Below are positions 28,201 through 42,500 of a stretch of DNA of 64,000 nucleotides, piece after piece. Within the stretch, counting starts at the first letter, position 1. Each line of letters opens with the position of its first letter. The DNA is from Bugula neritina. Lineage: Eukaryota; Animalia; Bryozoa. Below the pieces are notes generated by a model, which was not told where the DNA came from, searched no databases, and saw only the letters and a program-made list of their open reading frames with translations. The position numbers and the translations under genes are program-made. The stretch spans positions 23,435,504-23,499,503 of the forward strand of contig OZ037765.1 in the NCBI GenBank assembly GCA_964035545.1. Reading direction: 5' to 3'.

Positions 28201-28514
28201 ATAGATTAGCATATAAAGATCATGGTGGTATATGTTATTATTACTGTTGATATGTACTATTATTTTATAGTCATTCGTACTTCACAATGTTTGACTCTGG
28301 AGTAGATCAAGACGATCTGTTATTTTCTGACTCCACTGTGAGACTGGTTGAGGTGGAACCTGACAAGCAATCTTATACTGCATATTTAGGTGTAACATTC
28401 CTCAAAGCTGTTAATACACTAAATCAGTTTGATTGCACAAGTGGGCAAGCAACTGTGTCTGCAAGCATTTTAACTTTTATTTTTACATTCATATGTCATC
28501 GATTACTTATATAA
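22296..28514 (+). CDS. MELTF: Melanotransferrin-like two-lobed transferrin-family protein with signal peptide and GPI-type C-terminus
   Basis: 15 phase-consistent exons: 22296-22301, 23131-23191 (together MKLLVSNYGLLVFTSIVFCIRQ, a signal peptide), 23442-23729, 23821-23910, 24062-24220, 24423-24622, 24903-25036, 25132-25358, 25501-25637, 25904-26016, 26259-26491, 26614-26790, 27361-27527, 27679-27782, 28271-28514. Transferrin motifs occur twice (GDADIVNLDAG / GDADVIILDAG; AAGW / SCHG..ATGW; MCAPG / SCVPG; YKLLCPDG / YELLCKNG; YYGDSGAFRCLVE). Hydrophobic tail ...CTSGQATVSASILTFIFTFICHRLLI. AATAAA near 28868. Confidence 0.92.
22737..22817. repeat. Near-perfect 81-bp palindrome in melanotransferrin intron 1
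   Basis: Left arm acaaattcggaaaggttcaggtaaagttgctcttct matches the reverse complement of the right arm, acaaattcggacaggttcaggtaaagttgctctcct, at 34 of 36 positions. The centre GTTTAAAC is itself palindromic. Confidence 0.9.
24285..24372. repeat. Imperfect (TA)n microsatellite
   Basis: Long interrupted TA run in the intron between melanotransferrin exons 5 and 6. Confidence 0.85.
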
Positions 28515-30299
28515 ACTATTGTTGTGCTTTTGTAATGTTATTCTTAAGTGATTTTTTAAAGTTGGTATCATTGTGGGTATATTCTCAAGTAACTGTCAAT
28601 TTGTGTTAAAATGCATTCCATTTCTTATTAGTTTTATCAACTCTTGCTGCTCGAAAACATTCCATATTTCAATTAACTAAACTTACTTTATATCCTGCAT
28701 TCCTAATCAGTTAGACCAAGAAATGTAATTTTTGTTACTAAAAGCTTTTTTTGTATATAGTTCATAATTCAATATTATTTCTTACTTTAAAGCTCCTATG
28801 TAAATGGTACACAATCTGTGCTTGTATATGGCAAAGGTTGTTATATATATATTTTTATTATTATATAAATAAAGCATTTACTTTGTCAACTTTATTCTTT
28901 GTACATTGATGTAAAGCATAGAAATGAGTCATTTCTGTCCATTTAAGTTCCTAATACTTTCCAACAGTAAAGCTTAAGTCATAACTCAATAAACGGCTAA
29001 CGGATTACCCACGTTTGTTTGCTTTGGGTGGACAACTCTACATCACTAAAGTTTGTTTGTGAATTGTCATTAAATATATAAATACTTTTGTATAATCAAT
29101 ATCCCATTGCAGGATCGTAATTTAAGTAGACTGAAAGGCTTTATCTAGTAACAACTATATTAAAATACTATCCACAAGTGAGTGTTGAATGATGCGAGAA
29201 ATATATGTGCATGATTAGGCAGCATTAAAACTTCAACTAGCTGAAATAATTTATAAATAATGTACAAAAACTCACAACTCTGGCGGATTGTGCCCAAGCT
29301 CAACTAACTATTATGCTGTAATCTTTGGAGCGCAATGCTAATAGTTAGAGTTTAGACTGTGCACCACTACATTTGAATTTAAAGCCTGTGTGTTGTATCT
29401 GAGCTAAGCTAAGGTGTGTCCTAAGGTATATCTTGACATGGGCTTCCTTGCACCCATGATAGTGCTTTTTTGCTAAAAAATATTTTTTTATATTTGCAGT
29501 TGTTGTAGAATGATATGAGATGTAAGCTATTGTTTTATAACGATTCCAATTTTTGATCGTCTTAATTTGTCCTACCTCAGCTCTTGTGGATTATAGGACT
29601 TTTTGTGGCAGCATAATTGATGCAGCTTTATAGCTAGTTACTGTAAGGTTTATATAAATTGTGCATGTTTTTGTTGGTTAGTTTAATTTTTGTGTGATAT
29701 AAGAAGCATTTTGCAATCTTCTTTTGCAATATGTATTTCTTAGCAGTTCTTTGGTTTTGACCCCGGCTATAATATTTGTTTATACTATATAGTGCAAGAT
29801 ATACATAATATTATTATGTAGCAGTCTTCTGAATCAAATTATTGTGAGAGATAATGTAACTAATTTGCAATAGACTATGGCTTATATGAATTTTGCAGTT
29901 TCTAAAACCAAATAAAATATATGGTTTTCCATATTCATTTGTAAGCTATCTAATATAAAAGTAAGTAAGCCATAAGTATAATATTCTTATAATGCAAAGG
30001 CCAAAAGTAAGAGAGGGCGTGTCCTATGTCTTGCTACACTTTGAACCCAAAAGTCAAAACACCAATCACAATTGAGAATTGAGTTCCGGAGGCCAATTGG
30101 AAGTGCCAACTAGCAATTCAATTTAAAATTATTTTAAACTTAGACCGCATTTAAATAATAATTAATATTTATATTAAATTATTATGCATTATCATTATGA
30201 TTATCATTATAAGTAATTTATACTTATATTTAAATTTCAATTTATACTTATAGTGTTATACTAATACTGACACTAACAATCTTAGAGTTAGTGTTAGTG

Positions 30300-30545
30300 A
30301 GTAGGTATTCTATGGCTATAGTCATAGTCAATGTCATACTCATAGTCATACTCATACTCATACTGATACTCATAGTCATAGTCATACTCATACTGATACT
30401 CATACTGATACTGATAGTATCACTGTGGTAGTGATACTTATACTCATAGTCATAGTCACTATCATAGTGATAGTCATACTGATGGTCTAAGTCATAATCA
30501 CTATGAACTATGAAGTATGATAGTGACACTCATACACTCATACAT
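30300..30545. repeat. Hexamer-type simple repeat (CATAGT/CATACT/GATACT)n
   Basis: Tandem catagt-catact-gatact variants; these generate the spurious low-complexity ORF 30248-30529. Confidence 0.9.
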
Positions 30546-31517
30546 ACTTTGAAACTCTTTGAGATTTAATTTTATTCACAAATTGAAGTTGATAAAATAG
30601 AAATAGTAGTTCACTAATACTAATAGTAATAGTAATTCAAAGATTTCGACACCACTCCAATACAATAGCCAATAGGCAGTAAGACGATTTGACAAGATTG
30701 TATGCTGAATTTAATTGTTATCACTTGAAGACTAAAGTTTCACTTGAAGGTGATAGGTTTTATAAACTTTAACATAAAGCATTTGTCTTTGAAACTGCAC
30801 CAAAACTAACACAATTGATATCATACTCTTATAGTCATACTGATAGTGATACTGTGACAGTTTGGTCGTTTTGACTGCGAGGTTGGGCAGCATTATTATT
30901 TACTTAATGATATCTATGATTCTATCAGTATCACTATATAATACACAAATCACGTAAATTATTAACTCATAACTGTAAGTACTACAAGTTTTAAATCATA
31001 TTATTGTGGCTCATTATTATTGTGGCTATATCAATATGAATATATACTATAGCTACATATTATATAGACCATCATCAAAAATGAAATTTCATCTCATCTC
31101 AGATATTGGTTTGTGACTCATGATGAGTGATTAGGTTGAACACTCATGAAAACATTTTAACAATGTTTTTTACAAAATGCTTTTAGTTCTGAATATTTAC
31201 GTATTGTGTTTTAAAAGCTATAAACTGATAAGGTAATGATTTAAAATATACGGTAGCTAATCAAAGATGTTATTTTTTTATTCAAGCCATGTCACCAGAC
31301 CCAAGCAAAATTGAGATCGTTGTAATTTAAATCTTTTGCTTGATTACTTGGTTATGTTATGTGTTGCTATGCGATAACTAATCATTGGCTCCAGGATATT
31401 AAAATTAGCCAAATCACAGCATCAAGTCAAAAGCCATAGTTTAAGACTTGCGGGCTACCTGTGGGTCTTTAGATTGTGTCAATCAATATCTGGTTTTTAC
31501 GCCTTTGCAGGGTATAA

Positions 31518-34500
31518 ATGCTTTCTAAAAGATATTCTACAATGAAGCACAGAATTGCTGTTTACTTCCGGAAGTGTAACCTAAAAATCGCACTATCTTT
31601 AGTGGTGATATTTTTTCTCTATAAATGGATGAATAAATGTATGTATTTCTTGATAAATCTCAAAGCATTCTTTTTTTTCTAAGCCGAGTTCAGATTATTT
31701 TTTTACATATTTATATATGGTTTATGCTATTATTTTGTTCGATTAACAACGTTTTGTAACATGCAGCATATCTGCAGCTATCAACCCTCAAATTAAAGTT
31801 TACACAGATATTTTCGATAAAATAAAACAAGAAATGTTTCACCTTAATATACATATATTGTTAGTGCCACGAATGCCAGACGCGCCTGTTGTGTCTGAGG
31901 TAGATGCAATGGATTTTTTTGAAAGTAAGCTAAAGGGAGACGGGCTGAATTTTACATGGGCACATGCTACCAACAGCTTAGAACAGCTTCATAATGCCCA
32001 AAAAGGTACACATATTGATTCCCACTGTTATTAACATATTTTCTCAATATTACTGAAGTTTTAGGTTTTTCTTTAGTAAGTTATCTCACATTAGTTGCAT
32101 CTATATTTGTGTAGCTAAAGTTTATGGCATAGAGGCTGACGTAGTTCTTAAAAATGAAGGAACTAGCCACCAAGAACAACTGCCAATAATGGCTCATCCC
32201 CCAAAGCTACGCAGTGATCTCACTCTGCAGATGTTTCTACATGAAACTATTTTAGGAGAATCACTGATTAAATTGGATTTTAAGACACTGTTGGCTGTAG
32301 AGTTATCTTTGCAAATAATCAATGAAGTTGCCGATAATGTAAGTTGGCTGTATTTATATCAAGTGCTTATCTTATTGGCTGTTGCTAATATGAATAGTTC
32401 ACTTCCCAAATAACTTCAAAAAGTTGTATTTTGGCTCTGAAATTTCAAGCATATAAAATTGTTTCAATAACAATAATATGTTTCAAAATATCATCAGTGT
32501 TCTATTATAAGCAGTTATCTATTTGTAGAAGTAAGACATGTTGACTGTTAAGTGCAATTTGTTTATTGCAATTATCTGTTATAATTTAAGCTATTTAATT
32601 CCTTTAGATTAAGGTACCTGTATGGCTAAATGCTGATATACTTCAAGGTCCTGGAGATGCTCCACCGCCAAGCACACCTGCATCTTCATTTATTAACAAG
32701 CTATCATCGGGGTTTCATTTCTGCACTATATCTTTGGGCTGGACTACTAACACACACCATCCGGTACCATATACGTAAGCGTGTACAATTCCTTGAAAAA
32801 TAGCTAGCATTGTTTGGATTTTAACATCAACAGTCACTAATATTGACAGCAGTGAGAAATAAACATTTATGACACTCAGTCACTTAGTGATTACCTAGTA
32901 AGTCTATTATTAAGGACTGAATGGTGAACTTATTAAAAACCCACCTCATATTTTACTCTCATTTCACATGACCCACTGTGCTAGGTAAATTTGATGTCTT
33001 CAGAATAATAAATTACAATCAATTTATTTCACATTTAATAAAAGTAGCTGAAGATTTTTCTAATGATGTTTACTATAGTCTTGTAGTTAACAATATTTTC
33101 AGTTTTGAAAATATTTGTTGATTATTAGTAGTATATTTTGTTCATTTTTTCATGCAGCTGGTCTAATGTGTATGAGATGTATACAACAATCATGTCCACT
33201 GGAATATCAAAACGAAAGCTCACATTTCCTGTTGCTGCTGCAATGCTGAAAAACTCCGTCATACAACTGAAATGGCTTTGTGAGCATTTCGACTCAACAC
33301 TCACAGTGTGGCAGTCATCAGAGGATGATCATGTGGACATCAGTGAACTCGTGTATTTGAGATCAAAATTTCCCAAAGACAAAATTTACTATGATCTTAT
33401 GCCTAACACAATGGAGAAGTTTAGACATGTGGCTAATAATTCTGACATGTTGACACAAGGTAACTTCTTCCCACATTGTGTTGGTGCTTACTGTTGAGTT
33501 TATTTGTAAATCTGATGTCATATAAATTAGCAAATATGTAACCAAAAATATGTTAATTTGTTGGTAATGCTGCAAAAACTCATGAATCCTAGCTTAGTGA
33601 TTTGACCTTTAACCTTTTATGTTGCCGTGCACAGCTCATCGTACTAGAGAGGAATATAGTGTGGACACAACTAAATGGGTTCTTAAAGTCTCTAATCTAC
33701 ATTCCAGCGATCTGAAGGTAGGGGAGGATGTGGTTTGGCTCAGTGGGCCTGAGGCTCAGCTAAAGAGTTTCAGAAGAGTAACGACCAGCAAGCACATGCT
33801 TATAAGAGGTAGTGAGTTGTAGTCATGACGGGGTAGCTGTAGCATGTAACCATTCAACAAGTATTCATTATCTTGAGCAGATGCTTATTAAATTATTGTT
33901 CTACAAAGAATTATTTTGTTAGAAAAATAGTCATTTATTGTACAAGTAATTATTTCATAAACTTCTTTGTAGGAGCTGTGTCTTTCATAGCAAAGAATTT
34001 CACTGAACAGTCATATAAATCTAGTCTACAAATATTTGTTTTTGGAGAAGACCACTTGGATAATCACCCGTCTGGTATTCGTTGTTCTATCGACAACTCC
34101 GGTAGAATGATTATTGCATCTGATCATGTTGAGGGCTCAAGTGTAAGTTATAAATATTCCCAGTCTAAATAACATGAATTTTACACGCTGATTCTGGAAG
34201 GAAGAACTTTTAGCTTTTTGTTTGAAGTAATATGCAGCTTGGTAGTTGCTTTGATAAGAGTCTTTACCTGCTGATTTTCAAGACTAATCTTAGTTGCATA
34301 GATTTTAGTGCATTTGTGTGAAAGATGACAGATGATATGATTTTCAGTATACATAGTAAAGTTGAAAACAAAAAACAACTTTTGCACTTCAAGAAAACAG
34401 TAACATTTCTAGTTTCTAAAACTTTTTGCAAAATTAATATTGGACTATTAGAACACATTTTAACAGCAACTCTGCTGTATATAGATACATGCATAAGTTC

Positions 34501-35324
34501 AACTTTGTAAGTCTTACAACAGTAATTTGTCTAAAATTACATCCCCATATTTAGTTAAAATTTTCTCCTGGCTAAAATCATTTGTAAAAACATTCTTTTT
34601 ACAAAAATGCTTCTACATCCAGTTTTAATTTTTATATTGTTATAATTTGTAGCATTATACTGGTTAGATTAGACTAGTCTTAGTTTTTGAGTTATAATAG
34701 AAAATTGTAGGGAATGGGAGCCCTTTTAGTTATTGAACATATATTAGTACTTATATATTATTCTCAAATTGCTCCCAGTCTAAGTTTAAAGTTTTTTGTA
34801 GAGTAAGATGAACTTGGGATACTTACAGCTTTTTAATCTCACTGAAGAGTGAACTAAAGTTTTCTTAAAGCTATTGAGGAAAAATTCTGAAATAAGATTC
34901 TATTTACATTTCTAATGATACTTTTATAGTTGCTTTGCTTTCTGGTGGGCAGGTTGAGCGAATTTCAAATGTCTTATTGCTACTGAAAAAGCCTGTTGTC
35001 AGCCTCTTATACTGATATATTGTAACTTTTCTGAGTCTTGTAGATTGTTTATTATATATAATTTGTTTGCAGCTATACTTAGACAAAGATGCTGGAGTCT
35101 CTAGAAGTTCTTGCTACCACTTTGAACTTAGAATATCAGGCTACACCGTGGAGTTTTCAGCTTCTGCCCCTAAATTTGACTGTAATGTTATGCAGGAATT
35201 ACATAGGCCCCAGTCTATTAAAACAGAATTAGATAGTAAAGGATTACTCGATCCATTTTACTTGATAATGAGAAATGGTAGAAGTGACGGTTATGCTATA
35301 CTAGAGCAACTCAAAATAACCTGA
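31518..35324 (+). CDS. FAM151: FAM151/menorin-family (DUF2181, GDPD-like) type II membrane protein with extra C-terminal domain
   Basis: Exons 31518-31638 (MLSKRYSTMKHRIAVYFRKCNLKIALSLVVIFFLYKWMNK: basic N-terminus plus hydrophobic anchor), 31865-32005 (DGLNFTWAHATNS), 32115-32338 (IEADV...PIMAHPP...SDLTL...IKLDFK), 32608-32774 (PVWLNADILQGPG...SLGWTT), 33158-33459 (LTFPV...TLTVW...YYDL), 33635-33808, 33973-34142, 35073-35324. The motifs are characteristic of FAM151A/B. Confidence 0.9.
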
Positions 35325-36574
35325 TACTAGATAAAATTTGTATTTACCAGAATTCGTCCAGGGCCTGTCCACTTAAAATTCCTTTATTGAGTACCGCTTT
35401 TAATAACGATTCCAGCAAGCAATTAGTGGTAGATTTTATTGATTTTGTTATTTAATGGTGTTTAACCATAATGACTAATTATTTTTCTAACTTTTTGTTG
35501 TTGAATATAGCTAAGTAATAATTTCAATACAGCTGGAGCTGCTGGACCTAAATTAATCTTTATTTAAGCTGCAAACTGCCTGCCGGCTGAATCTTCAAGT
35601 AGACACACCTTTTACATTGTCATGGCCAAGTACTCGCACCTATGTTTGGGCCTTAGCTTGCCTTGACCAGCTCTGGCATCAGTCTTTACTCTAAGTGTAA
35701 AATTTGTCCATCCTTTAGCTTCTGGCTATACATTGTATTATATCACATACTTCACGCTAAGCTTGTGCTGTCCCAAATTTTGCCTATTCTTGTACATAAA
35801 CTTTTACTATGCAAAAAATGTCATTTATTTTGAAAATCATTATTTCTAAATTTATTTAAGCTTCCAGATCACAAAAATACATAAAATTATACTGTATATT
35901 TTGTAAATATTGTTTTTGAATAAACTATTTCTCTTATTTTCGCAAGAAAATTTCTTTAAATATTTTGCTTCTTTTACAGTTATGTAATTCTTTTGCAACA
36001 GTGTAATGCCTACTCGACAAAAATAGTAAGCCCAAGTCTAAATTATGTGAAGAAATTTATCTTGAGCTGAAATCAGCACAATGGTTGACAGAAAGAGACC
36101 GGTGAAGTGCAGCTCCTTTAACATATTCTGACCAAGCCAACTCTCTTTGCTTGTCAATCAACTGTGTTTTATCTCTCATATTGTCCTTAGATGTTAAGTA
36201 TGAACTGCAAATACGCGTACAAGGTAAAAGCATAAGGTAAGCTATCCTACTGTAGCAAAACCATAATGAAGATGTTACATTCACAGATATAAACAAAACT
36301 ATTGCTCTACTCCAACGTATAACCCGTTCTGATTAAATTGTATAAGAAAATAAATTTGCATTCAATTGTTCATTGAGCAGTTATAACAAATGGTTGTTCA
36401 CAACGTAATACATTAATGAATAAAAAAATTGATGAGTAGAGACAAAAGTGTACAACATGTTAATGTTAGCACAGCAATCACAGTTAAACTAGAAGAGCAA
36501 CACCAGACGGCAGTATTATCAGTTATTGTAAAACTACAAGCTATAAGCATGCCAGTTAGTAGAAGCAGCCACAG

Positions 36575-39500
36575 TTAGCAGTCTTGTGTCTCATATTCAA
36601 GGGACTCGGTGGAGTTAAAATGAGGCAAGCCACTCAATCCCGCTGACCTTCTAAAGGATGAATTCGTTGGCCGAAACTTGTATTGCTGCCATTCCAATTG
36701 TTTATTATAAGTAGAATCTAAAATATTACAATGAACCATTTGTAATTAATTCCGTTTTTTTATAGCCAATGTTTTTCTTTGTGGCAGATAAGTTTTTGTA
36801 ACCTGACGGAAGGCTGTTTATATTTATTAAAATATATAGATAAATATTTGAGCTATGAACTCAATACAAGTTCAATGTTTGATGGCTGCAAAAATTGGTT
36901 TCACAATTAACTATCAGAATACTCAAGCTAATGAATTATTTAAAAACATTCATGCCCAAAATGTGCTATAAAATCATTTGCTTGGGTAAAGTGTTTCTGC
37001 ATTTTTATATTACATAAATTTTTTTATTAGGCAGCTCTGCTTCAAGACAAACACTTTTTGGGCATTGTCAAATGAAAATGTATACGTGTTTCAATTAACA
37101 TATTTAAACAATAAATTACATTCAGCTAAAATTGTCACTATATATATATTTTAGTTAATTAGAGTTTTTCCACTATAATTTAATAATCCATTATTATTGA
37201 AAGTATATGGAAAAACCAATATTGCTACTACTTACAATTATTAAAATACAGTAATTTGATTGAGCTTTTAAAATATACGTATACAAAGTGCTTAAGGAAA
37301 ACAGAATCTATAGTCAGATATAAGCAACAATTTTAAAGTCACTGATAATGTATTGCCAGCTTAGATATATTTTTTCTATTGCCAGTAATTCTAGGCCATG
37401 ATAGCAGATAGTTTTACATGAAATCATTATACATGAAGAGCCAAAACGACAAAATTAAAAATAAATTTTTACTAGTAAAATTTTTCTTACTTCTAGAGGT
37501 AGTTTTACTTGAATAGGTGGTGGCAGACAACTGCCTGTGGCTCTTTGTCTTGGCAAACCTGTAATGAACAATTAGAAAATTTTAGCATGTGTGCTAAAAT
37601 CTGCAGCATTAATACTTTACATAGGCTGTAAACACATCAGGCAGTCTGACATCAGAGTTTAGAACTATTTATACATTTGTTAAATTTATTGTCACAAGTT
37701 CTCCCTACATTACATACAATATGATGTGACTGACAGACTAATCACAAAATTTTACGCAATTTTTAAAAACTATTAGCTTATAATAAATTATTATACTTTA
37801 GAATTTTGCCCACAATATGATCTGTTCTAAATGACTCATGTAAATGCATTGCAATTTATGACTTCAGATTTTTGATGAAGTATGGAAATAATTAGAATAT
37901 GTACATTTCTGTGCCATTTTATATGAAAAAGAGTTAAACATACAATAATTAAACATCTGTCAACGGCCTATAGGTGCAATTTACATGCAGCCTGAACTTA
38001 TCAATTATTTAGTATTCAATTATAAATCATTTCAACAATAAACAGCTTCAATGGATAATAGCTGGGGAATTCCAAGATTCAACACTGATGTTACCCTATG
38101 GTTATGTAAAGTTACCTCATCGTATGAGCACTTCTAGTTCTTGCAGTGCCTTTAAGTCCATCCTTCCACCCAGGAACATGCGCACTGGATGGCCTGCTTC
38201 TCATCTCTTCTAAATGAAGGTCACGACCTCCTCCCATCCAAAGATTGGCCCATTTAACAGATACATTAGGTGTATCATCTAATAACAAAACATTACATGA
38301 CAATAAACTATAACATTCAATTTGAGCATTTACAAAATATTTTAGAATTTTTCCAAACCAATAACCTGGATTAAAGAATATGCTGAATGATGAAAAGTTT
38401 AAAACACAGTATAGAAAATAGATAGTATATTATTATGTAATATGTCACCTGGATTGTGTATTTTACTGCACCAATCAACAGATCTGCCTTCAGAGTACAC
38501 AGAATACACATCATTGTTGTAAGCAGACACCTGGGGTCTATGTAAAGTTCTGGAACAAATAAACATAAAAATCTCCAGATAGCAGCAACATATCAATAAA
38601 CTAACAACTAATGAATAAAGAAAACACAATAACAAACTAATGTTACAATACAACTAACTAATGAGCACAAAACACCTTGCATTGTGAAAAGCCCTTATTG
38701 AGCAAATACACTGTAAAACATTATATATGGTTATATATACTAATAATTGACAAAAATAAGAAGGAAGTTACAGTCAAACATTACATAATTTATATGAACA
38801 TAATTTTAGTATTGTTACAAAATAAAATACAATGTCTGAAAAACCACCGTTGATCATTTTTGACAGCTTGTAGCTAGTTTGAATGTTTTGCAAAGCGCGC
38901 CTACATTGCTAACAAGAGGACCCTGGTACTTACATAAATATCTACTGTCATGAATAACCAGTGTAAAAAGCATGCATTTTATGGTATAAACATTAGTTGC
39001 GTGTCTAGATTAAACTGGGTCAGTTGAGAGATTATAAAAGTGGTCTCAGAATATCTCACACAGGTTGCTGCAAATGCTATCTTTGCTATTAACAGCCGAT
39101 AATAACAAAAATCACTCAGTCTATTGATACTAAAATTCCATCCCACAAGAGCAGTAGCTACAGGTACGACCAGCACTCACCTGAGAGCTTGCTCTGCCCT
39201 TAGCATGCCATAGACAGAGTTGATATTAGCACTATGCTGCCGGGATGTGTGGTTACTAGACCTGCTGCCGTGTCGAATCCTCATGTCGGGGGAGTTGCTG
39301 GGCGCAAAACTTCTATCAGGAATGGAATGTTCTACACATGAAATTTGTCTTCAATAAGTGGAAATATTAATAGACTAATACAAGCAAAACAAACAATTTC
39401 TACCACGGTAAAGTTAGTGGTAGTAGTAGATAAATAATTTTAAGACATTCAAATTAGCAAAGGCTGTTCAACAGTAACAGATTGTGACCCAAATTTAAAA

Positions 39501-42500
39501 GTTGTTCATTATCATAAATTCATGATCACAAATGAGCCATTTTAGCTGTGATTTCTATTTATTCAAAGCAATAAATATAAATAACTTGAAAAATTGTTCA
39601 TAATAAAAATTGTTAAGCTGGTATAATTAAAAAAAAATTAGAGTTAATAAAAAAGTTATACTAATTATGTTATTGTCACAAAGCAAACAGTCTTAAACCT
39701 CAAAAAGCTGAATACCTCAACATTGGCTTTCTAACTATCAACGTTTTGCAATACAAGTTGCATAAACCCTAAATTTTTTTACATCAAACACGTACATCAA
39801 AGATTGGCTAATATATAGTAAACATTGCATTAACTTATTCAGTTTCTCAAACCAATGGACTGTTTTTCCTGCCCAATTAAAAAAGATTAAATAATTTGAA
39901 GATCCCTATAACTGGCACATAAATTAATGGCTATAAATAAGTTAATCTATGCTATTATTAAATATTTCTATTACTTCTCAGTTATGAAGTTGAAATAGCA
40001 TAGTATGGAACTGTAGCTGCTTTTATAGATGCAATAATTAGCTTTGTAAGTATCAAACCGATAAACATATCTAATGAAATATTTTCGGAGAAGACAATCT
40101 CTATAGGATGGCAAAACTGTATATTAAACATTGACCATAATTGAATTTGAGATAAAAGCGCTTCACATTTAAGCTGCCTGTACCACCCTTACACTATGGC
40201 ATGGAGTGACTTTTATGCATATGTCCTTTTTTATATCGAAATACACTAAACTACATATACCATGCCGTAACAAAACTGAACAGCGAGAATAAGACTTTAA
40301 TTTACCAGCGTTAGATAAGGTATCTCTAATTAGGTCTTCCCTTGCCAGATCAGATAGCAATTCTTCATCACTATCACTCAGATCATTAGTTTTCTCACAT
40401 TGGTGAGACAACTCTGCAGAAGTCTTACTCTCTGCTTGTTCTATTATACCAAACTTATTATACAGAAAATAAAATCTAGAAATTGTGAAATAACTACACA
40501 TCTAAAATCACTCAAAATTAATTATTACAAACTGCTCAGAAAATTACATACACGAAAACTCTTATTGGTAAAATATTTTCAAATTATGTTAAATCTTGAA
40601 AGGCCAACTAAGCTGATTAAAGTGATCACAACTTTTGTTTGCATATTTTAGAAATTTTCAAAACTAACATGAAACATATCATTTTGCTATTATAAACTGA
40701 TTGTTGCCGCTATAGGCCATAGCCAAATGATTGATGATACAATATATTACAGGCAAGCTTTAGTAGTATGTAACTCTTCTAAAAAAAAGACAAATCTACG
40801 AGAATATTCAAGATGTCTACCTTGAGATAGTTTGAGTGAGGAGCTCTTAGGTTGCTCTGAGGCGCCAAATGACAGTCGCTGATGGGGTGGAGGAGGAGCT
40901 CCTATCTGGACAACAGACAAGTGACTTGGAGACTTGGGAGGAGAAATGTTCAATGGTGTTTTAGTAGAAGGCATCTCATTGGTTTGTTCGTGGGAGGAGA
41001 TTAGAGGTTCTGTAGTTGAGGGCATCTCAACTCTGTTGCTCAATTCAGAGGCGATTCTTTCCTGTAGACTGATGTCAGTGTTTATCTATTGGTAAAAAAT
41101 AATAAAGTAATATGTACGAACAAATACAGATGAGAAGATAAAAACAAAATGAACTTTAAAACTTTTTTTTAAGAGCTGCGGTGACTCTATTTTTATTGCC
41201 AACTGGATTACATTCTAATTTTTATTGGGGCAATAATTCCATTGAAGTTCAAGGCTTCATAACCCAGAATCAGTTATGGGGGGGGGGAGGGGGGGAGGGG
41301 AGGAGGTAACTCAAACAATTCTTTAAAGAGTAAGCTACATGTAACAGTTTTAATTGTTTAATTGTTGAGTGCAACACTTGCATTCATAAACCTCTGCAGA
41401 GTAATAAAAGCTATTGGAAAAATAATTTTTTTATAAATTTAAACCTAACTAAATCTCCTACTCTAAGAATATATACAGAATATAAGCAGAATATATACAG
41501 AATATATACATATAGCATTTATACCTCAACAGCCGACATGGTGCCATTCCTGTTTGGATCAGCAACGCTGTTGTTATTTGTCACATTGCTCTCTCTAGTA
41601 GACTCAACTGGTTCAACCAGTGACAGTTTACCAAGTTCAACATACTCAGGTATTACGTCAGTAGTGGCAGCAGTTGGTCGGGTTGGTGAGAGTAACCTAG
41701 GTGGTGTGTAGATGGGGGACGGAGCTGGCACAGAGCCAGGTTTAGGTGGACTCACAGTCAATGGATCCTGATGAGTGTTCAGATCCAGTATAAGACTAGT
41801 TCTTTCTGTAGTGTTGACCGGCTGTAAAACCAAAGAGATCTAAGAACTGTCCACAAAGTAAGCTATTGAAACTGATCAGTCAACTATTTTTCAACGGAGA
41901 GTTTATATAACAGTGTAGTTCATCACTAGCTAACTATAAAAACAGAAAACATATAATTAAATACACCAGTTGTTTCACAGTTCTAAAATTATTCAACATA
42001 AATGGAAAACTTAAACTTGTACTCAATCAGTATAACCAACCAGGTAGAGGTTTAGCTCAACGATTTACACATGCTACAAATAAATACCCACTCGATTATT
42101 TTTTGAAAAATTGATTATTTTTTGAAAAATTCAAAATCATTATTAGGTAACATCAGTAAGAGAATCCAACACAGAATATGAAACACCCACCATTGGTACG
42201 GTTATAGAAGTGACACCTCCGGAAGAATGATGATGTGTGGATGCATCATCCAGCTGAGAAAGTGGTCTGGTTAATAAGCTAGCATCTTCAACATAATGCA
42301 GTGTCACTCTACAAGACATGGACAATATAATAATTTCACTTGACCCTTGAACTTAGTTCTAGTGCAATACTACAAACCATGTAGTAAATGCCAATGAGGT
42401 ATAAACTCAGCTCTCTCAATGATACATGAAACTTTTGAACATTTGTTATTGCAAAGCAAATAATCACTACTTGTTTGTCAATTTACAAGGAAATATGACA

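Noticed and set aside
30248-30529. 93-aa ORF rich in YD/SI/SM dipeptides
   Set aside because: Translation of a hexamer simple repeat, with no splice context or homology motif.
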